From: a virus | Virus record (IMG/VR): IMGVR_UViG_3300027742_000001 | Coordinates: 1 to 64,000 of that record | Length of the DNA stretch: 64,000 nucleotides | Direction: 5' to 3' (one strand) | Part shown: positions 11,549 through 23,143 of the stretch, in pieces | How the letters are laid out: each line of letters opens with the position of its first letter | How positions within the stretch are numbered: the stretch's first letter is position 1 | Translations under genes and position numbers: made by a program | The notes under the pieces: model-generated | Seen by the model: the letters and a program-made list of their open reading frames with translations, nothing else | Told to the model about the DNA's origin: nothing | Databases searched by the model: none

Positions 11549-12959
11549 AATATTTATTAAAATGAAAGACCTTCCAAGAGAAGTTAGACAAGATATTGTT
11601 TCAAACTATATGTTTACTTATAAAGAATTTGATGCACTTTCTAAGTCATATGTTGATAAAACAGTTAATCTTCTTGAAGTTGTTACTTGGAAAAATGATG
11701 AAAAGTGGATTTCATTACCAGCTAATTTAGATTATTTTTTACCAATTATTAAGAAACATAATATTCAATTTATGGTTTCTGATAGAAGAGCTAATCCAAG
11801 GATTGAACATTACCCTAATGTAAATATTACTCCAAGAGAAGAACAAATGGAATGGCTTAATCAGTTAGAAGAATACAAGTATAATGCTATTATGGCTTTA
11901 CCTACTGGAGCTGGAAAGACCTTGATATCAGTATTCTTAGGGTATTTATTAAAAGTTCCTATGATTTTTGTTGCTTCAAAAACAAGCTATATAAAATCTT
12001 TTAAACAAGAGGTTATGAAATATGTTGATAATTGGGAAGAACATTATACAGAGATTAATACAGAGTGGTTAAGGAATGGTGCTAAAATAACTCCTTATAT
12101 GACTGCTTCAGTACAAGCACTTCAAAATAATGATATATTGGAAGCTCTTAAAGACAAGTATAGTTTGTTGGTTGCAGATGAAGTTCACTTAGGAATGTTA
12201 TCTAAAGAGAGAAGAAACATTATTTATGGTATGAATCCTAAGTATAGAGTTTATTTGAGTGCCACTCCTGAGATAGTTACTGAGGGTTATATCAATGCTA
12301 TTGCTAGTCCTAACTTTATTACAAGTGAAGGCTCTATTGATTTTGATATTAAATATTTACCTATTAATATTGATATTGGAAGAAATGATATAGTAAAGTA
12401 TAAACAATTAGAACATTTTGCTCATAAAAAGAATTTTATATTTACTAAAGAAGATTTAGTAAGAGGTATTATAGAGTTCATTCAATGGCAAGTTCAACTT
12501 AATAGAGGTGTTTTATTATTTAATACTAACTCCTATTTCCAAGAGAGAGTTTCTGAAATACTAAATCAAAAAGGAATTAAGACAGTATGTTTTAATAAAA
12601 ATACTAAAAAAGATAAGTACGATGAATATTTCAAACAATATGATAACGGAGAGATTAAAGTTGTGATTGGAGGAACTTCGGTAGTAGAAGCTTTATCATT
12701 ATATCGGTTAAGTGTTTTTATTGATGTAGATTTAAGTGAAACACCTAATCAGATTATTCAAAAGATAGGTCGATTGAAGAGAAAAGATAATGAAATTAGT
12801 GATAAAGATAAAGTTTATATTAAAATTATTTATAAAGGTATTACCGAAAATAAATATAAATATACAACTCTTCCAACATTAAGAACAATGAAAGACTATG
12901 TAAAAGTTTTACCTACAAAAAATATTAAAGGGTTTAACATTATAGATTTATTTATTTAG
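11523..12959 (+). CDS. DEAD/DEAH-box SF2 helicase (T5 D10/UvsW-like)
   Basis: LPTGAGKT, DEVH, SATP, QKIGR. Confidence 0.9.
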   Translation: MLNIYIANKIFIKMKDLPREVRQDIVSNYMFTYKEFDALSKSYVDKTVNLLEVVTWKNDEKWISLPANLDYFLPIIKKHNIQFMVSDRRANPRIEHYPNVNITPREEQMEWLNQLEEYKYNAIMALPTGAGKTLISVFLGYLLKVPMIFVASKTSYIKSFKQEVMKYVDNWEEHYTEINTEWLRNGAKITPYMTASVQALQNNDILEALKDKYSLLVADEVHLGMLSKERRNIIYGMNPKYRVYLSATPEIVTEGYINAIASPNFITSEGSIDFDIKYLPINIDIGRNDIVKYKQLEHFAHKKNFIFTKEDLVRGIIEFIQWQVQLNRGVLLFNTNSYFQERVSEILNQKGIKTVCFNKNTKKDKYDEYFKQYDNGEIKVVIGGTSVVEALSLYRLSVFIDVDLSETPNQIIQKIGRLKRKDNEISDKDKVYIKIIYKGITENKYKYTTLPTLRTMKDYVKVLPTKNIKGFNIIDLFI

Positions 12960-12967
12960 TATAGTAG

Positions 12968-13000
12968 TTAAGTATTATTTAAGTAAATGTAGTATATAAT
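12968..13000 (+). promoter_or_regulatory. Phage promoter, copy 6
   Basis: TTAAG-N6-TTAAG-N11-TATAAT. Confidence 0.8.
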
Positions 13001-13031
13001 TATCTTATCAAAAATAAATAAAGGAGAATAA

Positions 13032-14887
13032 ATGAAATTAGAACAAGAAGACATATGCTATATCTTAGTAGAAAAAAATAGTGGAAAGATTATTGAATGT
13101 AAAACAAGATGTATAAATAATTTTAAAGCTGATAACTATGTAATAGTTGGGTTACAATATGATACCAATGAAGCAATAGAAAATGGGACACTCAGCTACT
13201 CGCTACTTAATACAAAAAATACCAATGGTATAGAAGTATTTGGAGTTGACTATTCAAAAGGGTTGGAGGATAGAAATAGAGAGGTTAGATTGAGAGCAAA
13301 AGATATGCTTTTTAGTTGGTAAAAGAAGGAGAATAAATGACATATATTAATAAAACATTAATTAAAGAAGTACAAGATTGTAAGGATATTTTATGGTATC
13401 TTAGAGGTCAAGTCGATTTAGCAGAAAAGGACACTATAAGTATTCCATTTAATGAAGAACACATTGAATCTTTATTAGAGTTAATTACTTATACACAAAA
13501 CACTTATGAAACTAAAAGAACAAAAGATATTTATGAAAATACAGAGGGAGAATAAATGAAAAGAAAGACTAAATTAAGATTTGAAAAGAAATTTGAAACA
13601 TCATATAATATTCACTCAAAAGAGATTAATAAAATCTTATGGGAGGATTTTATAGAAAAAGGTAAATTAGACAATTATACTCTTAATGAAATAAGAGAAA
13701 AGTTAAACTCAATTAAATTTCATCTTGAAGCTTTGCATAATGTTTATAGAAACGACTCTGAGGTAAACTATTATGGGTACTCTGATGGTAGAAGGGGTTT
13801 TGAAACTTATGGTTATGAAAGTTTAGAGCAAGTTAAAGATACATTAAAATATATATCAGATAGGTATAAGTGTACTTATAGACTAAGATGGGTTTTAGAT
13901 TTATTAGATATAGAACAGTTAAAAGAAGGAAAATAAATGAAAAATATTAATAACTTGAATAAAATAAAAGATTTATGCAAAAATCCTCATGTAGTACATT
14001 CCGATGGGATGAGTGAAGTAGAGATTAGTTTAGCACTAGGTATTGATTATAAGACTACTAAAAACACACTTTCAAAAGCTTGTGCTAAGTTAGAGAAGAT
14101 TTTTAAGGAAAGAGGTATGAGAGAAGATTTAGAAGAATTCTTTTGTGTTGATTATAAAGGAGAAGTATAATGGGAACAAAAAAGTTAGAATTTAATACAA
14201 CTGATGAAAAAATGGCTTTTTTATTTAAAGTATTACATAATGTAAAATTAGTAACAATAAAAGATAATTTTAAAGATATTCTTGTAAGTAAAAATCCTAA
14301 TGAATATACTGAAAAAGATGATGTATTTTTTAATAAGTACAAGGGGAAATATACACATGTTTATAAGTATTGTAATTGTGATACTGATGACTTAGATTGG
14401 TTTATTTTAGAAGATAATAATACTCCAATAACAGAAGATTGTTGGATTAAAGGAGAGTTATAATGAATGATTTAATTAAAGCATTACAAATTTTTAGTAA
14501 GTACACGGATACAGATTATCCAACACATTGTGAACATGATACTTTATATATCTGTGTTGTTAATGCAATTGATGTTTCTAAAGAGGACTTAGAAGAATTA
14601 AATACTCTTGGTTTCTTTTGGTCAGATGAAGATGATTGTTTTATATCATATAAATTTGGGAGTTGTTAATGAGTAACTTATGTAAAATAATTTTAATAGA
14701 AGATATTAGAGATAGAGTTATTGAAGAGATTAAATCTAAAACAAGTAATCAAAATAAGGTATCTCATTTAGAAAGAGTTACATATAATAACTCATTAGAT
14801 ATTGTTAATAAAATTCTTGATAAAGTTATGGTTGAAGAAACCTCTTATAAAGATTGTATTAATAAAGAGAGTAAGGAGGAAAGGTAA
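13032..14887 (+). CDS. Run of seven small coupled ORFs
   Basis: TAAATG/TAATG junctions with upstream RBSs. Confidence 0.7.
13937..14170 (+). CDS. Stand-alone sigma70 region-4-like HTH protein
   Basis: GMSEVEISLALGIDYKTTKNTLSKACAKL matches the sigma-r4 HTH pattern. Confidence 0.65.
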   Translation: MKNINNLNKIKDLCKNPHVVHSDGMSEVEISLALGIDYKTTKNTLSKACAKLEKIFKERGMREDLEEFFCVDYKGEV

Positions 14888-16312
14888 TTGAATAATATAA
14901 ATATTGAAATCATTAATAGTTTTTTTGAAGAAAAGAACATTTGGCTTAATAACTTAGATTATTTACAAGAAGATTATAAAATATTAGTTGATAAAATTGA
15001 AAAGTATATTAAAGTTAAAAATGAATTTCCTTCAAAAGCTATTATTAAAAAGAGTGTTCCTAAGTTTGTTCCTAATGATACTCCCGATAATATTAAGTTA
15101 AGAAAAAGACTTGATAGTATTATGTCAGTAATATGTTCTCAAGACAAATCTGATTTAACAACAACTGAATTAGAAGATTTACTTGAAGAAGAATATAAAA
15201 AAGATATTGCTATGACTAATACTGAAAAAGTTGTTTCAGCAATTAATGATGGGAACTTTGAGTTAGTAAAAGAATTAGCAAATAACCTTATTAGTGTTAG
15301 TGCTTCTAATGCTATTGATTTAAAAGGCTCTGATACAATAGAACTTATGGATAATATTATTTTAACAGATAATAAAGTAAGTTCAGGATTAGATTTTGGT
15401 TTAGGTACTGGTGCTGAGTATGTTCCTAAAGGTAGTTTAATTAATCTTATTGGAGGTACTGCAATGGGTAAAAGTGTCTTGGCTTTACAATCAATGTTAA
15501 ATAATTATCTAAAAGGTAGAAATGAACAAATGTATAATTATGAGCTAGATATGGGAGAACTTTCTTTAAGGATAAAATCTCATATATCAAAAGTACCAGC
15601 AACAGAAATTGAAAAAGGTATTTACTCTGTAAGTGATAGCCCTCTAAGAGTTGAAGCTGTTAGTTATGTTCTTAAAAGAGAGATTACTTTAGAACAAGCA
15701 GTTAGTATATTAAATAGAAAGGCTTTAGAAGAGTTTGAGAATTATCCTCTTAGAAAGAACTTCCTTAAAATAATAGCTTCAAACGGAGACCATACTTATA
15801 AAGCTGGTTATAAAGAAGATTTCTTAGAAGATGATTTACCAACAGATTTAGGTATTCTAAATTACTTAGATAAGTACGGAGATAAAATTGATGATTGTTA
15901 TATTGATTTAATTACTGAGTTAGAGTTTGAGAATCCAACACATTCAGAAGCTAATGATTATAAAGTATTTGCTAGAAAAGCTAAAGCCTTAGCAAAGAAA
16001 CATTCATTTAGAATATGGATTTTAAATCAAGTTGAAAATGAAAGTACTGCTAGTGGATTACTTAATAATAAATACTCTAAAGCACTTGCTCAAACAGCAG
16101 ATTTAGTTTTAGCAGTTGTTTCAAGTATTACTATGGCAGAAGATAACGAAGTAGCAATTTGTATTAAGAAATGTAGACATGGAGTTCCTAATAAGGTTAT
16201 TCCTTGCCAAAGAGCCTTTGAGGTTTATACTTTTGAGCCTTTAGGAGAATTATTGTGGATAAGTGATATTCACGAAAGACTTGAAAAACAGTTTAAAAGA
16301 AAGAAAGATTAA
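14888..16312 (+). CDS. DnaB-like (SF4) replicative helicase
   Basis: Walker A GGTAMGKS, YELDMGEL, AKALAK...LNQ, QTADLVL, KKCRHG arginine finger. Confidence 0.85.
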   Translation: MNNINIEIINSFFEEKNIWLNNLDYLQEDYKILVDKIEKYIKVKNEFPSKAIIKKSVPKFVPNDTPDNIKLRKRLDSIMSVICSQDKSDLTTTELEDLLEEEYKKDIAMTNTEKVVSAINDGNFELVKELANNLISVSASNAIDLKGSDTIELMDNIILTDNKVSSGLDFGLGTGAEYVPKGSLINLIGGTAMGKSVLALQSMLNNYLKGRNEQMYNYELDMGELSLRIKSHISKVPATEIEKGIYSVSDSPLRVEAVSYVLKREITLEQAVSILNRKALEEFENYPLRKNFLKIIASNGDHTYKAGYKEDFLEDDLPTDLGILNYLDKYGDKIDDCYIDLITELEFENPTHSEANDYKVFARKAKALAKKHSFRIWILNQVENESTASGLLNNKYSKALAQTADLVLAVVSSITMAEDNEVAICIKKCRHGVPNKVIPCQRAFEVYTFEPLGELLWISDIHERLEKQFKRKKD

Positions 16313-16493
16313 GCAACATTATTACTCCGAAATGAGTATAAACTAACTCATTACCACCTTTGTGTTGATAATTAGAGAGTATTTTTGGTAGAGGTACTCT
16401 CTAATTTACTTATAAAGGAAACTTACTTCCTATTTTCTATCAAAAAATCTAAACAAGAAATATACTACATAATACAATCTCATATATTTTCAC

Positions 16494-16526
16494 TTAAGCA
16501 TACTTTTATAATTACTTTGTTATAAT
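16494..16526 (+). promoter_or_regulatory. Phage promoter, copy 7
   Basis: TTAAG-N6-TTTAT-N11-TATAAT. Confidence 0.75.
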
Positions 16527-17044
16527 TCTTTATAAATAAATTTTTTGGAGGAAATAATGAATACAACAATGAAAAATGAATACAACAAAACTTATTACAT
16601 AGAAGATTCTTTATTAGAAGGTTCAGTAAAGTTAGAATTTAATACAACATTAGAACAAAAGTTTGCTATGATAACTTGTACAAGCTTTGCTGATTTAAGT
16701 TCTATGTTAGATATTTTATATATAGAGGGTCTTAAGAAAATATATAAAGTAGAAACTACTTATATGGGTAATGTTTTTGTAATAATTTTATATAATAAAT
16801 TAAAAGGAGATAATTAAATGAAAAATACTACAAATAAATTATTAAAAGAGTTATCTTATGATTGCTTTTATGGTAATATGGATAAGTATGAGGAAGTAAG
16901 AGGTTGTATGGATACTTTTATATTTTATATTGAATCAAGATTTATTGATGCTAATATTACAGAATTAATGCAAGAAAATGAATCCTTAAAAGAAGAAATA
17001 TTGGATTTAAAAATAAAAATAAGTGATATAAAGGAGATAATTAA

Positions 17045-17722
17045 ATGAAAAATACTAAAAAGGTAATGCTTTTAAATGGACTAGCAAGAGCTGGTAAAGA
17101 TACAACAGCAAAGATTATGCAAGAAGAATTATTAAAACAAGGAAAAACTGTTAAGGTTTTAGCTTTTGCAGATAAACTTAAAGATATGGTTTGTGAAATG
17201 TTTAATCTTACAAGAGAACAATTAGATGATTATAAGAATAATAGTGATAGATGGGGTGTACACTTAATGGATTATGAGGAAGATATAGATTATCAACCAA
17301 CTGAACACTTAACAGATTTCAGAACTTTCTTAGATACTTTTGGTAATAAAATTGCTAAGACTCTTGGTGGAGATTCTATTTGGGCTGATATTGTTTTAAA
17401 ACAAGTTCAAGAATCAGATTGTGAATATTTTATTATATCTGATTATAGATTTCCTATTGAGTTTTTAGTTTTTGAGGAATATAATTTTGAATGGTACGAG
17501 CAAAACTCAGATGTTTTAGGAAATTATTTTACAGATGAAGTTCCTTTTAATATTAACACAATACAAATTCAAAGAGATGGTATTAAAAAGCTTAATTTAG
17601 AAAGTGCTAAATCTTTAGACGGATATTCTTTTGATTATACTATTAATAATAATTCTGATTTAGAAAACCTTAAGGAACAAGTCAATATAATACTTAATAA
17701 GATTGTTAAGGGGGATAATTAA
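17045..17722 (+). CDS. Deoxynucleoside monophosphate kinase
   Basis: GLARAGKDT, AFADKLK, IISDYRFPIE, INNNSDL. Confidence 0.85.
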   Translation: MKNTKKVMLLNGLARAGKDTTAKIMQEELLKQGKTVKVLAFADKLKDMVCEMFNLTREQLDDYKNNSDRWGVHLMDYEEDIDYQPTEHLTDFRTFLDTFGNKIAKTLGGDSIWADIVLKQVQESDCEYFIISDYRFPIEFLVFEEYNFEWYEQNSDVLGNYFTDEVPFNINTIQIQRDGIKKLNLESAKSLDGYSFDYTINNNSDLENLKEQVNIILNKIVKGDN

Positions 17723-17961
17723 ATGGATATTTTTTGTGGATATAGTTCAATTAATAGTAGACTTTATTTAGATTTTTATAAAGATACTATTACTTTATAT
17801 GATTCTTATACAGATAATTATATAGAACTTGATGAAGAGGAAATAAACTTTATTATGTATTGGTGCTTCCATAAACATAGTCTAAGAAGAGGATATACTT
17901 ATGAAAATATTGATAATGATTTTATATATTATATAGATTTATGGGACAAAGGAGATAATTA

Positions 17962-20850
17962 ATGAAAGTATTTAACACAGATGTTTTAGAGAGATGTCAA
18001 CAAGAGGGGGTTTCTCCTAATATTATTATAATAAAGAATTTTATTGGGAATAATGACCGAGGAAAGTTAACCAAATATGGTTTAGAAATGTTTAAATTCG
18101 GTATTTCTCCCAAAGAAGTTCTCTACATTAGCCTTTTTGATAAAGAAACAAAAAAGTTCGGTGTAGGGGAATTACGGGAGAGTGTTAAAGAATTAGAAGA
18201 GTTTCTAAGGGTTGTTGGTTGTAATGTCTTGGTCGATGATACTATTGGGTTTGAGAATAAAAAATATCATTCTAATTATATCTTTAGAAAATTATTAGGT
18301 AGGGATACATCTAAGTGGGAATCTAAAGGGGTTCTTGTGGATTCGTTAATTTCAGATGATTTAAAAGTTAAGATGGTTTGTGGATTACGATGGGAAACTT
18401 TAGCAAGGGAGAAAGATAGTAATATAATTATAGATAGTGAGTTTAAGTTAAATATTGATGATTTTGATATTACATTAATAAAAGATATAGATTCAGCTAA
18501 AAAGGCTTTTAAGGATATTGCAAAAAGTGAAAGGTTATATGGAGATTTAGAAACTAATAGTTTAAGATTTGAGAGAAAAGATAGTAAGATATTAACTATT
18601 GCTTGGACACCTAGACATAAACCTTTAACCTCTTATGTTTTTGCATATGAACATCCAAGTATAGATGTTTCAGATGAATATAAAAGTTTTATTACTAAAA
18701 ATATGAAAGCTATTATGACTAAAAGAAATACAGTTTATCATAATGGTCTATTTGATTTAAAATTTATTTGTAGATTCTTTGATATACACCCATTTGATAC
18801 CAATATGGATGATACTTTTGTTATTGCTAGAATTTTAAAAAATAATACCTTATCTAGTGATGAAAGAAGGGAATCTGTATCATTAAAAACTTTAGCATTT
18901 CCTTTAGTTGGGGATTGGGAAGTTCCATTAGAGAAACAAAAAGAAAGAATAATAAAAGAAAAAGGAATAAGTAAAGATGAGTTCGATTATTCTATGTATA
19001 AAGTTGAAGATTTAGTTAAGTATGCTGGAATAGACACTATTGTAATGCCTTTTGTTGATGATATGTTAAAACAATTAAACGAAGAACATCCCGCTGATGA
19101 CCCTATAAAAAATTGTTGGGAAGCTGAATGGAAAGAGGTTACTAGAGGTATTATTAAATTAATGTTAGATGGGATACCTTTAAATAGGGATGCTTGTGTA
19201 GATATGATTAAATCTTATGAAGATATATTGGATACCCACTTTAAAGTTTTACATGAGAATGATTATATTAAAAGTGTAGAGAAAATACTTAGAGCTGAGG
19301 CTATGGAAAAAGCTATGACTAAGTATAATGAAAAGGTTGACATAGCTAGACTTAAAGGTAAAGAATTTAAAGGTGTACCTCCTAATCCTGAAGAGAAAGA
19401 GAAGTATGATAGTATTGTACTAAAACCTAAGTTTAAACCTTCTAGTTCTCAACATAAGTACGTTCTAATATATGATGTTTGTAAATGTGATAACCCTATT
19501 TTAGTAGGAGAAATACATAATTCTAAGTTTAAAAAGAAAAAAACTTTTAAGAAAATAGAAGATGCTTGTAAGGAATTAAATGTTCCTGAGATGAAGCTTA
19601 GAAAATATCTAAGAGGTTTTAATAAATGTGAGATTCATAAAGGAGTTTTTGTAAGATATGAAGAGTGTACGGATACTGGATTACCTAAAGCTGATGATGA
19701 CCAATTTATTAAATATTCTAAGATGTACCCCGATAATAGTATATTAAGTATTTTTAGTGATATTGCCACTAAGAATAAAGAATTAGGGACTTATCTTAAA
19801 CCTTGGTTAGAATATGCAGATAATAGTTATGATGGTAGAATTCATGCTAATTTCTCCCCTGATACTACAAGTTTTAGGTGGGCTAGTACTAATCCAAACT
19901 TACAGCAGATACCTAAAGAAAGTAAAATTAGGTCAGTATTAGGGTATAATAAATATTCAGATAGGGTTATGATGTCCCAAGACTTTTCACAATTAGAAGT
20001 TTTGGCTAATATCAATATATGTAAAGATGAATTTAGTATTAACTTATTTAATAAAGGTATTGATGATGAGCATAGTGTAAACTTAATCAACGCATCGGTA
20101 GTGGCTGATAAATTTTCAGCAGTAAGAGGTTTAGACCCTTTAAATTTAGAACATTTGGCTTTAGTAAAGAAAGAATACGGTAGCCTTAGAAAGAAGATTA
20201 AGTCAGCTGTTACATTTCCTATGACATATTTAGCCTCACCTTTAGCTGTTAAAATGGGATTAGAGTGTTCTACTGAGGAAGCTGAAGGTATTTGGAATTC
20301 GTGGTGGGATGCACGAAAAGGATATAGAGATTGGGTTAATTTTACCTTTCAAAAATTTAAAAATGAAGGGTATTCAATCGTATTGGGAGGTTTACCTATA
20401 TTAGCTGAATACAATTATGATTTAGATAAAATAGAAACATTAGCTGAGTTAATGTCAGCAGTAGAAACTGCTAGAAAAAACAAACAACAAGATAGAGTTG
20501 ATTACTTAAAGAAAGTTGTAAGCTCTTTTAGAACTTTTGTAAATGTTCATGGACAAAGTGCCTCATTATTAACAAATCAAGGTATGTGTAGATTAATAAG
20601 GTGGTCTAGAGAGAATAATATAGATGTAAAAATGGCTAATACAGTTCACGATGATTTAATTGTGGATGTGGCTATTAAGGATTTAGATTTAGTTTGGAGT
20701 AAACAGAAAGAATTTATGACTATGGAGTATTTAGAAGACCAAGAGCTACCTATGAAAACTGATGCTGAAATAGGTAAGAGTATTCAATATGAATTAGGGG
20801 AGTACGAAGGGGAGAATAGACAGAAATTAAAAAAGGAGTTAAATATTTAA
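17962..20850 (+). CDS. Family A DNA polymerase with 3'-5' exonuclease
   Basis: Exo motifs DLET, HNGLFDL, YAGID; RWASTNPNLQQIP; motif A DFSQLE; motif B RKKIKSAVTFPMTY; motif C VHDD. Confidence 0.92.
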   Translation: MKVFNTDVLERCQQEGVSPNIIIIKNFIGNNDRGKLTKYGLEMFKFGISPKEVLYISLFDKETKKFGVGELRESVKELEEFLRVVGCNVLVDDTIGFENKKYHSNYIFRKLLGRDTSKWESKGVLVDSLISDDLKVKMVCGLRWETLAREKDSNIIIDSEFKLNIDDFDITLIKDIDSAKKAFKDIAKSERLYGDLETNSLRFERKDSKILTIAWTPRHKPLTSYVFAYEHPSIDVSDEYKSFITKNMKAIMTKRNTVYHNGLFDLKFICRFFDIHPFDTNMDDTFVIARILKNNTLSSDERRESVSLKTLAFPLVGDWEVPLEKQKERIIKEKGISKDEFDYSMYKVEDLVKYAGIDTIVMPFVDDMLKQLNEEHPADDPIKNCWEAEWKEVTRGIIKLMLDGIPLNRDACVDMIKSYEDILDTHFKVLHENDYIKSVEKILRAEAMEKAMTKYNEKVDIARLKGKEFKGVPPNPEEKEKYDSIVLKPKFKPSSSQHKYVLIYDVCKCDNPILVGEIHNSKFKKKKTFKKIEDACKELNVPEMKLRKYLRGFNKCEIHKGVFVRYEECTDTGLPKADDDQFIKYSKMYPDNSILSIFSDIATKNKELGTYLKPWLEYADNSYDGRIHANFSPDTTSFRWASTNPNLQQIPKESKIRSVLGYNKYSDRVMMSQDFSQLEVLANINICKDEFSINLFNKGIDDEHSVNLINASVVADKFSAVRGLDPLNLEHLALVKKEYGSLRKKIKSAVTFPMTYLASPLAVKMGLECSTEEAEGIWNSWWDARKGYRDWVNFTFQKFKNEGYSIVLGGLPILAEYNYDLDKIETLAELMSAVETARKNKQQDRVDYLKKVVSSFRTFVNVHGQSASLLTNQGMCRLIRWSRENNIDVKMANTVHDDLIVDVAIKDLDLVWSKQKEFMTMEYLEDQELPMKTDAEIGKSIQYELGEYEGENRQKLKKELNI

Positions 20851-20851
20851 A

Positions 20852-22003
20852 ATGAGAGAGCAAAAAGTTATAGATGAAGTTATAGAGATGAATAGTTTCT
20901 ACGATTTATCTGAATATGATTTTACATTAGGTTATGATGAAAAGTCTAAAGTTATATGTCCTAAACATGGAATCCTAAGTAGAAGATTTAGAGATTTAAA
21001 GAGAGGTCTTACTTGCGTAGAATGTAATAAAGAAAGATATGTAAATGTTCAAAGAGAAAGTACCGAAGGTTTCATAAGTAAAATTAATAAAAAATTTATT
21101 AATCATACTATTGATTGGGAAGGATTTGAATATCCAAAAATGCAACATAATAAAATAACTTTAAAATGTAAAAAGCATGGTGCATTTGAAACTACCCCAA
21201 ACAGAGCTTTAAATGTTGCTCTTTCTCCTTGTGTTCAATGTTCATGTGAAATGAGAGGAGTTAGTAATGTTGGAGACAAGAAATCTTTTTTAAAGAAAGC
21301 TAAGGAAAAGTATGGAGATAAGTATTCCTATGATAGATTAGTTTTCAAAAGGTTAAAAGATGATGTAGAGATTTATTGTAATATACATAAAGAGTATTTT
21401 ATGATAATGGCTAATAACTTTATATATTCAGCTAAGATTGGTTGTCCTAAATGTATCCAAGACAAGATTAAGGAAACACAAAGAGTAACTCAAAAGGAGT
21501 TTATTAGGAGGTGTAAAGAGACTCATGGTAATAAATTTGATTTAGGTAATGCTATATATGATGGAGGAACTAGAAAAGTAGAAGTTAAGTGTAATATATG
21601 TAATAATATTTTTTATCCAATAGCTGATAATTTCTCTAAAGGGTCAGGATGCCCCTATTGTGCGAATATATCTAAATTTAATAAATGGAAAGATGAACCT
21701 ACAAGATTATACGTATTAAGATTATACAACGGATTATATAAAATTGGAGTTACTATAAATACAGTAATCAAAAGATACCATAAAGATTTAGAGAGAGATA
21801 AGTATGAAATAATTTATGAGGAATTTTTCAAAGAAGGGAGAGAGCCTTTCAGTATTGAACAAAAAATTAGACACTTGATGTGGGAATATCATTATGAAGG
21901 GGAGAGTCCTTTTAGAGTTACAGGTACTAATGAAGTTTTCACAGTAAACCCAATAAAATATATTGAATTAGCAAAACAACAGATTAAAGGAGGCAAAAAC
22001 TAA
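20852..22003 (+). mobile_element. Free-standing homing endonuclease-like gene (Zn-ribbon repeats + GIY-YIG-like C-terminus)
   Basis: Repeated CxxH/CxxC units (CPKHG, CKKHG, CNIH, GCPYC); LYVL...YKIGVT...R...E...GTNEVF. Confidence 0.75.
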
Positions 22004-23141
22004 ATGAAACAACAAAATAATATCCAAGAAAACTTAGCTAAAGCAAATAACTTAATTAACAAAGCCCTTAAAACAAACCCTCCAAGGATTTCCTCAATAG
22101 AATTTGCAGTAGGACATTTGTTAGAAGTTATTAAAGAACTAGAATCTAAAGAAAACTTTAAGGAACAAGAGAGTATAATAAATTCTGAAAACAAAAACAA
22201 AAAGGAGAATTAAATGAAGCAATTTAAAGATAATGATGTAATATATTGGGATTATTCAGAGGAATATAAAGCAGAGTTAGCTAGTAAGTATGGTAAGGAT
22301 AGTTATCCTTATAGAACTAGAATTACAGACCATTGTTTAGATAAGATTATTATTTTTAATAGTGAGGATAATAATCTTCAAAAGGATACTTATTGGGGAA
22401 CACAAGCTACAAGAATTAATATTGATTCTTATAAGTTTACATTTAAGGTACAAGGTAATTTAGATGATTGTATAGAATTAGATAAAGCTAAATATGACTT
22501 AGAAGTTAAAAAGTACTCTTATGATAGTTTTATTGTGTTAAATATTCATAATGGATACAGATGTAGATATTTTATTAAAAAAGATGCTAAAGAAGATTTA
22601 GATACGAAGATTGAAAATACTTTAGCAGATATAAATAGAGTCAAAGCTGAGATTATTTGGCAAGAATCTAGATTAAAAGAATTGGAAAATACTTTAAAAG
22701 CTTTAAGAAAGGAGAATTAAATGGAAATATTTGGTTGGATAGTATTATTGGGGTTTACCCTATACTTAAGTGTTAATTTAGTAGGTGTTATAATATTTGC
22801 TATTGGAATGAGTGGTATGAATCAATTATCTGATAAGATTGCTAGTTTATTTTATTTAGGTATTATATGCCTTCTTTGGTATTTAGCTTATATTAATATA
22901 CCATTTGAAGTAGTATTGAAATAAGAAAGGAGAATTAATGACAGAGACAGATAAAGAACTAATATTATATGAATTAGAAGAAACATTATATCTTCTTAAA
23001 TTAATACAAAGAGATTGGTTTAGAGAACATGATGTCTATAATGGATATAAACGGTATGATATTAGAAAACAAATATCTAATTTATATAACGTAATAGATT
23101 ATTTTGGAACTTTAGAAACAGTAAATGGTAAAGACAATTAG
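22004..23141 (+). CDS. Four small hypothetical ORFs; 22721..22924 is a 2-TM membrane protein
   Basis: Coupled ORFs with RBSs; two hydrophobic segments in 22721..22924. Confidence 0.65.
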
Positions 23142-23143
23142 AA

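Noticed and set aside
17962-22003. Group I intron or intein in the polymerase
   Set aside because: Motifs A, B and C lie in one frame before the stop; the endonuclease gene is free-standing downstream; no intein end motifs around the thumb insert.
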